DNA from: Amoebophrya sp. A120
Lineage: Eukaryota > Protista > Dinoflagellata
DNA: 64,000 nt
Assembly (NCBI GenBank): GCA_905178155.1
Contig: CAJINV010000007.1
Span: 4,175,723-4,239,722 of the forward strand
Reading direction: 5' to 3'
Shown here in pieces: positions 10,718 through 22,219 of this stretch (positions are counted from its first letter, which is position 1; the number at the start of each line of letters is the position of its first letter). The position numbers and the translations under genes were made by a program. The notes beneath the pieces are model-generated. The model saw only the letters and a list, made by a program, of their open reading frames with translations, was not told where the DNA came from and did not search any database.

Positions 10718-13700
10718 ATGGCAGCCGGCGTCGAGCAGAGTGACCTTGTTGCCCCGGGCGCAGGTCTCGGCCCCGCTGGAGCTGCAGACCCCCAACAAGA
10801 GCGCCAGGGTTTGGACCTGCCGCGGATTGCCAGGATGGCGATACAGGTCATGGCCGTGCACTACGCCTTCATGTGGATGACCGGAATGACCAAGCGACCC
10901 GGTGGTCAGACCACTAGCACGGCGGAGCTGCAGGAGGAAACATCAATAACAGCAGCGGCTTCTACCAAGAAAGGATCTTCCTCCGGTAAGAAAAAGCCGA
11001 ACCGGCCGATGCGGTTCTACAAAAACATGTTTGATCCGGCAGAGGAGACGTATGATTTTTGGGTCCACTTGCTCACCGAGGATGAGTGGAAGAAGATGAA
11101 GAAGAACACGCACGCGGAAAACAAAAAACTTTTTGCAGAATGGGAAGAAAGCGAGAAGCTCCTGTGGCACGAAAAGAACATCCCGTACAACTTGAAGGAC
11201 AAGCAGATTCTCGCGGATAAGCAAACACCGGATAGTGATTTCAACGTCTGGCGAAAAAACGTCACCGTGCCCTTGCGATTGCTCCCGGAATTGGTTTTGC
11301 CCTCAGCTTCTGACAGCACTTCGGGACGAGAAGAAGACTTGGCGCAGCAGCAAGGGGAACAGGAGAAAGACGCCGCAGGCACAAATTTGGTTGCACAAGC
11401 GGTAAAAGGCTTAATGGTACCTTCATCGGCATCAAATATCAAGCCGGATGCTATAACATCAAGCTATCTTCTCGCCTACACCATGCGGTCCACGAAACTG
11501 CGCAAGAGCAAGCACCTGTACAGTTACGAAACCATTCACGAACGCGTGAACCTCACTCGGATGATGCGCCCGAAGGTGCACCACGAAGAAAAAAGCCTGC
11601 TCGGGGGCGGCGGTGCGGATGATCAGGAGAGTGAGAAGAAAAACGCGACGACGACCTTAGCTGCCATAGCTGCACCAGACAAAGACGGGACCCAACCCGG
11701 TGCTTCAGCATCTTCGTCTGAGTCTCGTGTTTCTTCCAAAAACGCTTCTAGTACGTCCACGAACGCTGAAGTAGCGCTCGCCCTGGAACACGAAAATACC
11801 AGAAATTCAACCACCACATCACCAACCGCCTCCCCATCATCTTCGACGAAAGTCGCCCACTGGGTGTCCAAAGTCGATTTTCGCATTGTTTGGGACGACT
11901 CCGTTCACAACGACGCCACACTGAACAACGAGATTTCCACAAATAACAACCCCCTGGCCGCCATCAAGCGCTTTCCGGACAGCCAGGTGTATCAGCCCCT
12001 GGTCTCCGCGACCGACTTCTGGGCGCTAGAGCACGACTTTCTGCACCTCAACTCCACTGTGCTGGAGAAGGGAGTCAGCCTGGAAGCCGTGCATGGGAAG
12101 ATCTCAAACACAAAAGATGACGAAGCTGCGCCACACGACCCGAACGTAGTGAAGAACGTGGTGGATGTTGTCTTTGACGAGGCTGCACCAAGTTCAACAA
12201 ACCATCACCTCGCGGCCGAGCCCTCGCTCCCCCTCCGTCTGTCCCACTACCAGACCACCTACGCCGCCTGGTCCATCCAAAAGTCACTGACCGACACGCT
12301 GACGATCAAGGAAAATTTCGGCCTGCTGATCGACCCCATGCGCGAGAGCTTCATGCTGAAGAAGATTTTCCTCAGCAACTCTATGACCTGCTCAAACGTT
12401 ACAATCTCAAACGTTACAATAGAATTTGGATTTTGTGTTGCGTGACGAGCATGACAGACTCGGACAGCATTCCACTTTCTGCAATACAAATTTCGCCAGA
12501 CTGTAGTGCCGTTTGGGACTCCGGAACTTGTCATGCGCAATGCCATGAGAGTTGGCTACAAATTGCGGCTCTTGCATCACAGATTTCGATATTCTATTGT
12601 AACGTTTGAGATTGTAACACCTGAGCAGGTTATAAACTCACCCATCGTGCTGATTCTGTCCATGCTCTTCATGCTGTCACACTCCCTTATGGCGCTCTCA
12701 ACTGGTACATTCTCAACTGTTACATGATTTGTCATGCAAATTTACCACCAAGATCGCCACGATTAAGCTGCTTCGCATGACAAACATCCGAAGGGCTAAA
12801 CAGGATCTAAATCTGTGCCAAATCTGTAATGCAAAAGGCGCATCCTTCCTCCTTTCACTTTCGCCGTTCTTGCATTACAAATCCACGTAACAGTTGAGAA
12901 TGTAACGTTTGAGAACGCCATATCCCTGTTCTCGTGGTTGGCCTTCAAAAACGACCTCCAGTTTTGGCGGAAGAACAAGTCCATGAAGGGCCTCAGCGCC
13001 CGGTCGATGGTGATCGGCTGGGTGAGTCGGGTGGTGATCGCGCTCTATCTGCTGGAGTCCCGGGAAACCAGCTACTTGATTCTCTTCGAAATTGGCTTAG
13101 ATTTGGTGCTGAGCACCTGGAAACTCACCAAGGCGATCAAGGTGGAAGTGGTATTTGCGAAGATTTTGTACGGGAAGGTGCTAAATCTTCTTTGGGTGAA
13201 AACGATGAATAGTACTGCGCACGAAAAGGATGAAGTTTTGAAGAACCAAGCAGAAGACGATCGGCAAGTGGACCAGAAAAGCGAATTCGATGAAAGTGTT
13301 GAAAATTCTAGTGCTAGCTGTCAAGAGCAAGAGGAGCACGAAACAGTGGGAGAAACATCATCAGCCACAACTCTCCGGCACCGGCCTGCTGCGGTAGCTG
13401 CTACTTCTGCAGAAGAAACTACTGCGACGGGGGCCAGCCACGACGTCAAAATAAACCGAGAGAAGGCCGCCAACGGCGGAGAGACCGCGGACACTCTCGA
13501 TAAAATAATCGACGATAAGACCAAACCCAAAATATCAAAGCCGTCAAGTGCAAAAGCGAAACCCTCCTTTATCGAAACTTACGTCCTAAAGATCTCCTCG
13601 AAAACCGGCTACGACGACGACCAAACGTCCGAATACGACCAGATTGCGGTGCGCTACATGTTATGCATTGCAAATAAAGTATCGCAATCGCGCTCGTACT

Positions 13701-14475
13701 GGTGCTGTAGATTGCATTCTTACAAATTTTCGCTAAAAAGTGGAACCTGTAATGCTGCGTTACGTAAAATAAAGAAATCTAGATCAGATTTGATGTCATG
13801 CGATGTTGCAACTCCAACAACTATCTACCAATGCCGCGAGTGCGATACTACTTTTGCAGCGGATACAGGTCCTACCTTCTCTACCCCCTGCTCGGCTGCT
13901 ACACGGTGTACACGCTGGTGTACAACGTCCACAAGTCCTGGTACAGCTTCATCCTGAAAACCCTCGCCGGCTACATCTACGTGTTTGGGTTCATCATGAT
14001 GACGCCCCAGCTGTATATCAACTACCGCCTGAAATCGGTCGAGCACATGCCCTGGCGGGCGATGACCTACAAGGCTTTGAACACGTTTGTGGACGACGTC
14101 TCCGCGTTTCTCATGGACATGCCCTGGATGCACCGCCTCTCGTGCCTCCGCGACGACGTCATTTTCTTCGCCTACCTGTACCAACGCTGGGCGTACCGGG
14201 TGGACAAAACGCGGCCGACCGCGTTTTCCGATGGGGAGAAAGTAGAACAGCAGGAACTAAAGTCCTCTGCTGAAGGAGAAGACGCTGAGGGAAGTAGGAA
14301 TTCGCCCGCTTTAGAAGACAATAAACAAGTAGGCGGAGCTATTGCTATTGTAGACGGAAGAACTGAGGTTCAGAACTCAACAGGGAGGGGAAACAATATT
14401 GAAATGATCCATCAGCATCAGGGGCAAGAAACCGAAAAAGAAAACCAGCGACAAGAGAACGACAAAACAAAATGA
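10718..14475 (+). CDS. CLPTM1: CLPTM1 family membrane protein (lipid scramblase-like), 4 exons split by three introners
   Basis: Spliced peptides LSNSPIVLILSMLFMLSHSLFSWLAFKNDLQFWRKNKSMKGLSARS and FGFIMMTPQLYINYRLKSVEHMPWRAMTYKALNTFVDD...HRLSCLRDDVIFFAYLYQRWAYRVDKTR are CLPTM1 signatures. Confidence 0.95.
12382..12634. mobile_element. Introner/MITE family F (about 44-bp TIR built of 15-bp subrepeats)
   Basis: TATGACCTGCTCAAACGTTACAATCTCAAACGTTACAATAGAAT and its inverted copy; perfect TSD AACTC; removal restores LSNS-PIVL. Confidence 0.93.
12688..12922. mobile_element. Introner/MITE related to family F
   Basis: TATGGCGCTCTCAAC... / ...GTTTGAGAACGCCATA; perfect TSD TCCCT; removal restores HSL-FSWLAFKND. 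Confidence 0.93.
13662..13865. mobile_element. Introner/MITE family D-like
   Basis: TATGCATTGCAAATAAAGTATCGCA / TGCGATACTACTTTTGCAGCGGATA; TSD CATGT/CAGGT; removal restores RYMS-YLLYPL. Confidence 0.9.
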
Positions 14476-15148
14476 AAGGAAATGAAATTTTTCTCTAGAT
14501 GAAACTATATCTAATATAGCCGAAAAAGAAAAACTAAAACACTCCGAGTCCTGAAAGCCGGACTCGCCACTCGACCAAGCGTTTTGCGAAAGCGATGCGG
14601 TTCGCACTCGGAAAACGATTGCGGTTCCATTAACACTTGTAAGTATCGTGTCGTGCAAGTCGAAAAAATAAAAATTCGAATTCTTTTAGCGAAAATCGTC
14701 GTCGTCTTCATCGTCTATTCGTATTCATCATCCTTCGTGATGCTTTTGTCGTGCCCTCGTTAAAGACATCGAATAAATAAGATCAAGACTATGAGTGGTG
14801 GGGGGAGAGGTTCAAAAAAGAAGGCAAAAAAGTCAGCTCGACACAGTGTGTGAGTGAAAAGCGTAAACTACAGCTGCAAAACTCGTCGTTTATTTGATCG
14901 TCTTCTTATTCATATTCTTTAGATGGAAGCAAAGACGTGAAAAAGGACCGGCGGATGGATCATCACTAGACGGCAAACAGAAACCAGAGCACATCTTTAT
15001 ATCTGGTACTGGTAGAGCCGACGAGTCCACGTGCGTATTGATATTGGTTGTTACGTCTAAGACAACTCATTTACCTTTTGACTTACCCTATAGTTCTGAT
15101 AATTCAAGCAGCTGCGCAGGAGACTCTCGTCTACCAAAGCGAGACATC

Positions 15149-18100
15149 ATGGCGAGGCAGCAGGCTGCGCAGTCATGTTCTTGGGGCGCACGATCACCCG
15201 CTCGGGGGGATCGTGTCAGGAACAAGAAGAGCATGCCTTGTTTTCTGCAGCAACTACTCTATTGCTTCTTCCTCCAGTTCTGTCTTTTTTCGCTGCTACC
15301 ACCGGCGAACGGCAGACCGCGTATGCTGCGCCGAGAACCGCGACCGCAGCAGATTACGCCGGATACAGATACCGCGCAGAACCCACCAAATGTTTCACAA
15401 CGTGGCATCGATGATGATCCGAGCGCTGGCCGCGCGGCGGATACCACTAGTAAAACCAGCAGCAGTGCGAATTCCTACCCAGAGACGGCGACGAGAAGCA
15501 CCAATCCCCCATCTTCAATCCTCCAGCAAGTCGAAATCCAGGGAGGAAATAATGCGAAAATAACCCTCGGCGACCAGGAGCAAGCAAGACATACACATAA
15601 ACAATATTCTAGAAGCGATGTTACGATTAATAGAGCAACTGACGAGGAGCCGAACAATGACAGAGATGACTCCTTCACTTCGGATTCTCCCGATTTCGAG
15701 CCGGACCCCCCGGCTTCGTCTCTGTTGCTTCTCTTCTCGGAGCAGATGCTCGGCGGGCCCTCTGGGGGTCGTGGTAGCTCCTCTTCGCTATTATCCACGT
15801 CAGAGGCTGCTGCTGCAGCTGCTGCAACGGGCAACAAAAACCAGGATCCAGGCGACCAGAACTCCGTGGCGACGAACTTTCTGCAGTTGGAGGAACACCA
15901 AACAGAAAGACAGAAGGAAAAAGCGGCCTTCATGTTTGGCCCCGGGTTCATGATGGCCCGGATGGTGAAGTCGTTGCTGAAAATGTGTGCCGCAGTCGCG
16001 ATTTTTGCTGTGTGCTTAAGCTTTTTGAAGGGGTGCTGCACGGCGGAAAACTTCAATCTGCGAAATCTACCGGGGGTCGGGAAGTTGTTTTTGAAGTTGG
16101 GGATAGACGAGTTTGAAGATACCAAGATTCTCGTGGAAATCGTGCAGGCGAAAGATTTGAAAGGTAAAGATGGATCTTTTGTTCTAGCGGTCTCAAAAAA
16201 CTGCTGTTTGATTTTATCGCTTCACCACTAAATTGTTAGTGTGGCGTACTTAGCAAAAAATCGAGAACATCAATGCAACAGGATCTGTATCAATATAGCA
16301 GCCTTTATTCATCACAGACAATGGCGACATGTAGAATCACATCGTGCATAATGTTATACCGCATGCTACGGCTGTTCATTTTTTCTCTACACACCATACC
16401 CTCGTGCATAACGTTATTCACCACGCTATTGCGAAGAATGTTTCGGACACAGGTGAAACTTTAGTGGTGCACCTGCCTATTATTGAAGTTGTATTTCGTC
16501 TTTCAGAAGTTTACCACTCAAAATAAAAAATCCGCACAGGTAAAGGCGAGAAATCCATGCTGCTCAGCGATAACCAATTTACCGCTACCGTCGCGTTTTG
16601 GTACGAAAAATTCGAAACGGATCCGTCAGTGAAATGCGACTTCGGGCAAACGAGGATGATGACCATCCCCCAGGGCGCGTCGACGACAACCTTCTCTGCA
16701 ACTTCGATCGGGACTGTGTTTATGCACATGGAAATTCAACATATCAACGAGGAGCGTTGTACTGCATGACAAATTTTGATGTTGGTACCGCCTCAAAAGC
16801 GAAGTCAAAGAGGTCATAGATTATCTATGACCTCTTTGAACTATCTGATAGTTCAGGAGTAGTCGTTCCTGTTCAAAAGTGCACCAGTCATATAATTGTA
16901 ATGCTAGTGATAGAAGAAGAAGATGACTTGGTGGATTTCCTGTGCATACTCCCGAACACCCAAATCGGTGCCCTAACCGTGAAGACGAAGCGGGATATTT
17001 TGGACCGCGAGAAGTCCTTCTGGGGCAGCAAGCAGACCTACCGGCTGAAGTCCCTCGAGGAGAATGGAAAGATGGCGGGCACCCTGATCGTGAAGTTCCG
17101 AAGGCTGTCCCCCGAACAGGAGGCAAACTACTTCACACCCTTGGTCAAGGGAATCGACAACGAGTCTGGGCTAGGCGCTGAGTGCATGAAGATTGCGCTG
17201 AAACTGAATCTCCCCGACACGTTGCGCAACATCGAGGGAGAGCTAAAGTGCCGTATCCTCGGGGAAGTGTTGCACGGGCAGGTGAAAGAAGTAGATAAGG
17301 GCGTAGAACAGTAGGGAATGAAATTTTATTTTCTTGCACGTAGAAGTTCACGCACACACGACAACGACCACAACGACAACGGGTCGTTCATATTATCCTC
17401 GAAAGCATGACGCATCTGTACTGCGAAATTTTTTAAAGTGGAGACTTAATTAATAAACCGTAGATAGAAGATTGAACCCCGCGCAGGGCTGTCGTGTGTA
17501 CGTGTTCTAGAACTAGTGCGGGCGCAAAATTACCCTGCATACTCCGGAAACCATGTACATGAAAGTCCAGTACTGCGCCCTGGGTCGCGTGGACTTCTCC
17601 GTGCGACAGATGGAGGCGCAGAAGGCCGCCAAGAAGGGCTTGAATGCCCCAAAGAAGAGTTTCTACTTCTGCGTCTACGAGTCCAAAAAGATTGCGGAGT
17701 CCATGGCCCGCGAACCGGTCGTTTTCACGGCCATCAGCAGTGTGAAGCATGTGAAACCCAGCACGAAGCGGGTGGACGAGTTCACGGTGAAGTGGCAGGT
17801 GTCGAAACACCAGAAGGATGACGACGACGGCCCGGATACCGACGACGTCACTTTGCGAACCAAGGACAAGGACCGAGACATCATCGTGGAAGCGCTCGAC
17901 CACTTGCAACAGGAACTCCTCCATGTGAACGATATGCAAGAAATTGATTGCGATGATGTGTCCCGCTGTTTTTGCGGGTTCCAGGCAGCTCTTTTGCAGA
18001 CGTGCATTCATCTTCCACGACTCCTTGAAAAGACTTCTACTTACTTATCAAGGCACTTCTGCTATCCACACTTATCAAGGCACTTCTGCCCTCCGGGCGC

Positions 18101-21100
18101 GGCTCAGACACATTTTGTTTCTTTCTTTCGGAACCGAGTTTATTGTCGTTGTGCATGCAGCAAGAAACGCGTTCCCCCCTCGTATCTTTTCATGTTGTCC
18201 TCAGTATAGTACTCCTCTTGCGGACCTTGAAATAGAAATCAGGGATCTGCTCCTTAGCGGGACACATCATTGTGTAAGTTGCGGCCGTTCATACACGACA
18301 GCAAGGACACGCAGCAGGAAACGGCAGAGAAGAAGACGGACTTTCAGAAGGTGAGCCAGCAAGCCATCGAGGCGAACGGTTGCCCCTCGACCGCGGAGGA
18401 CTGGACGGGTTGGCACGATCTCATGACCAGCCAGGGCGCCGATGAGAACACGGTGAAGGAAATCTACCGGGATCTGGCCCTGTACATTGAGAACGAAAAA
18501 ATCGACCAGGAGTGGAAGAAAAAACTGGAACCGAACCTGCAGAAGGAACACGAGTTCTACGACGACGCGACCTTCTGGCGCCGGGACCTGCCCGGGGCAA
18601 GTCCCGTGCCCCCCGGGGAGGCCCCGATGCCGCCGCCGCCCGTGTTCCAGAACTACTTTGACGCGCCGCCACCGCCAAATGTGGCCGAAGTAGACGGCTT
18701 GGCGCACATCGACATCACCGGCCCGCCGCCCAATCTACAGGGACCCGCAACGGTGAAGGGGAAGGGAGGGAAGGTATTTCGCCGTGTATGCAAAGAAAAG
18801 TAGGACTAGGATGCTATATTTGTTAGGACTATCGTTTTTTTAGCTGTAATGTTCACTGTGTTGAGCGTGAAGACTCAGAGAGATGCCAGCACTGCATCGC
18901 TGCGCTCGTTATGAAAGTGCTGACAAATAAATTGATGTCCAAATACCAGGCCGCCGCCAAAGGCACCCAGAAGCTTGGTCCCGTGATGCCGTCCGGCGGA
19001 GATCAACTAATGAAGGGCGCCGTGATATGCTGGGTAAGAAGATCACTCTCGCTCTCAAACTCAATCTCAATCTTTTGTAAACGCAAAAGAAACACGAGTG
19101 TGTAGCCCACACCTGCTCTTCCTCTATATGTTTATGCATGGCTGCACCACAATCACAAATTCAGCTTGAGGGCGATTTTCCATAGGACACACGAAGAACC
19201 GGCAGCAACTCGCGCAGCAGCAGCTTCAGGTGCAGAAAAAGGGCCCTATCGGAGGCCAGCAGCCCGATTATGCGCAGCTCAACGCGGGAGTAGCGAACGC
19301 GCACCAGATGCGCAAGATGCACGCCGAGGGCGAGGCGGTGGACGCCGGCGGAGGTGGAGGGTTTTTCGGTCAATTGGGCGGAATGATTGACGGTTTGTTC
19401 ACAAGTCGCGGGGAGGGGGACGCACAGTCGCCGGCGAACTACGGTACGGGTGTAGTACTCCAGTCCGGATACGACAGTAATTATGCGGGAGAGGAACATC
19501 AAGTCCAGCTTGTGCACCCCTTCCTTCTCCCCAAACTGATCCGTCACACTGGGGCCGCGGACTGGCCGGGTCTGGGGTTTACGGGCTGGGAGCAGAAGCA
19601 GGTGGATGACCAGGTGTTACATGACCCAAGCCTTTCCGGCACCGACAAAATCGGGCACTTGTTCGGCTTTCAACTGCACTGGAACTCCTACCCTAAGCTG
19701 TTCGTTTCCGCCGTGGCGCCGAATTCCCGGGCGAATTCCGTCGGCGTGAACGTGGGGGACATGCTCCTCGCCGTAAACGGCCAGAGAGTCGGCGGGAAGA
19801 TGTTGTTTCCAGTACTAGCAGACAGTGCGACAGGTGGTAGTTCACAAGTCTCTTCTTTCTCCCACCCGGATGACGCAGTCGCGAGTTTCATCATGCAGAG
19901 CCACCTGGAGACGGCGGCCCAGCAGCAGCAACAGCCGAAGCCGATCGGCAAGGCGAAGCCGGTCGCGCAAAATTTTGTTTCCTTCCTCTTTTTGCAGCGA
20001 CGGTTCCAGAGCGAGTACTTGCAGCTGGAACTAACCGAGCAGGACTTGGGGCTTTCCGTGAACGCCAACAGCGCCATCGCCTACGTCCACCTGGGCGGCT
20101 GGGCCGGGCAGCACGGGCTGCGAGCGGGGGACGAGTTTTTGATGGTCAACGAGGAGTTGGTGGTGAACAACCAAAATTTGCTCGAGCAGTTCTTGAACCA
20201 ACCCCGAACCGGACACCCGCTGCAGCTTTTGCTGCGGAGAAGGGGTGGATTTGAGGAACAAATTTTCCAGCACGAGGCCTTTGTCGAGAAACCGCTTCCG
20301 GTGGATTGGGAGCAGGCGTTGAGCCGGCCCCACGACGACCGACGGGAAAGTGTGCGGGATCCTACAACCGGTATGCCGGTCCTGGACTTGTCGGAACTGG
20401 AAAATGATTTGGAGGAAAAACAGCACTACAACGCAGAAATGGCCGGGGTGCTCGGAGCGGCGGCTAAATCAGTGAAGGGGAAGAAGGGGAAACAGGCGAA
20501 AACTGGTCTGAAGGGAACGAGACAAGAACCGGGATTCGCGGCCTTTGGCCTTGCTCCGGGTGCGGTAGCGGTCGCTTCGCCGAAGATGTTTGCAGCGCGA
20601 AATAAAGGCGGTGTGTTGTCGACGCCGTCTCCACCGAAGCATACTGCAGTTACCTTCTCGCCCGATACGTATCATCATGACGTTGATCATAGTCACATGT
20701 CGCCTGGAGGTGGAGAACCACACCCGCAAGAACTGCATGATGAACACCTCGCTCATTCGCCGCCGGCATCACATCTTCACAGCCCCCCGGCCGCAGGACT
20801 GCGGAAAAGCCCTCCATCAGCAGGAGCACATCTTCCAGGAAAGAAGAAAGGGAACAAGGGCAAAGGAAGCAAATCATCGCCTTCCAACGCGACCTTTTCT
20901 GCAAGTCCGAATAGCAAACTCTCCTCCTTTCCACCCTCGAGCCCGGGGCCAGTGAGTTCCAATTCTCCTCATAGCCCAGCTGGGGCGGGCGGAGAAGAAG
21001 AGCAGCCTTTTCACATCCCACCCCCGCGGCCCCCGGGCTCTCCTCCACCGAAGGGCGGCGGCTGGGGGGCGCTCGTCGGGAAAGACAAACGGGTGGAAGA

Positions 21101-21293
21101 AGAACAAAGACAAGCCGCGGAAGAGGAAGCCCTGCATGCGGGCGACCGGGCGCTGGAATTACTGGATCAACACGATAATGACCCGACCGGGAAGAAAGCG
21201 GCAAAAATGGAGAAAAAAGCCGGGAAGATGGCCAAGAAAAAAGGGAAGGGAAAGGGGAAAAAGAAGGGAGGAAAGCACCACGAGTCCGACTGA
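15149..21293 (+). CDS. Multi-exon membrane protein with putative C2, PH-like and PDZ-like regions (may be two genes)
   Basis: Hydrophobic leader and TM segment; KILVEIVQAKDLKG (C2-like); beta-rich segment ending in a helix at 17553-17930 (PH-like); FVSAVAPNSRANSVGVNVGDMLLAVNGQ and GWAGQHGLRAGDEFLMVNE (PDZ-like); exons join in frame across introners. Confidence 0.6.
16721..16948. mobile_element. Older introner with decayed TSD
   Basis: TATGCACATGGAAATTCAAC / GGTGGATTTCCTGTGCATA; flanks GTGTT/CTCCC no longer match, but removing element +5 nt joins ORFs 16557 and 16901 in frame. Confidence 0.7.
17312..17541. mobile_element. Older introner with decayed TIR and TSD
   Basis: CACGCACACACGAC / GTCGTGTGTACGTG inverted pair, TAG...ATA ends; removing element +5 nt gives GVEQ-ETMYMKV in frame. 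Confidence 0.65.
17933..18293. mobile_element. Introner/MITE
   Basis: TAT...ATA ends, ATGATGTGTCCCGCT / AGCGGGACACATCAT inverted pair, TSD AACGA/CACGA, internal 19-bp direct repeat CTTATCAAGGCACTTCTGC; removal gives HVND-SKDTQQ. Confidence 0.8.
19026..19189. mobile_element. Possible highly decayed introner
   Basis: Weak TIR, flanks CGTGA/CACGA; removing element +5 nt gives GAVK-NRQQ in frame with ORF 19230. Confidence 0.4.
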
Positions 21294-22219
21294 AATTGGC
21301 CTTTTCCGGTTGCACTCTACGGTCTTTGCGACGTTTGTTTCTTGAAACTTACTTTTTGTTTCATGATCTTGTAAGATGATATCGACGTTTATTTCCTCCC
21401 TCTTGTACAGCGAACTACAAGGGAATGCGGTTCTGTTCACCTCCCGGTGCGCAAACTGTTTGAATGTACTTTACATGTGAACTCATTTTCAAGAAACAAG
21501 TTTCGAAAGTTACGAATATTACCCATGTACGAAAAACCAATACAACACCTTGTATCATCTTTCTCTTAGCTATCAATCCCTATGGTTGCTTGTGGGCAGC
21601 GACGGGAGGTGACCAACACAAGCAAAAACGAAGGCCAAAGATGCATGCGACGGAAGATCTGGAACTCGTCGCAAAGTTGTGCAAGATCTATGTGTTCAAG
21701 AACAAGCCCCCATTTGGCTTTCAAAGTTTTCGATGCATGCGGTCTCTTACTTCGCGACTCGTCGTTTGCCCCTGCCCTATTCCAGTCGCTTGCGTAAAGC
21801 AAGGTTGTGAAAAATCAAGCGAATTCTGTCTGTACCCCTCCCATTACGAGGATCAAGTCTTGATGATTCTTAGTTTGTGATCATCTTTTCCAGAAGTATT
21901 TACTTGTACTTCTATTTAGATTCATCTGCTCGACTGCACCGGCCCCTTGTTGAGATACATACCTAGGAGCCTTGGTGCTTGCCGGTTCAGAGCATATAGT
22001 GAGCTTGTTGTACTTCAAGCCGTCTATATCTATGTACTTCTAGTTTGTCGATATTCACATCATGATTTTGTCTGGTGGAAGCGAAGTATTTTCCGGGAGG
22101 GGCAGTTGTCAAGGACGAATACTACACACGAATTAGGAGCAGAAAAACACAAGTGGACAAAAAGACACTTTTCTGGTTCATGGCCCGTTGCCAGGTTTTC
22201 CCATTCTTGCGCAGTCACG

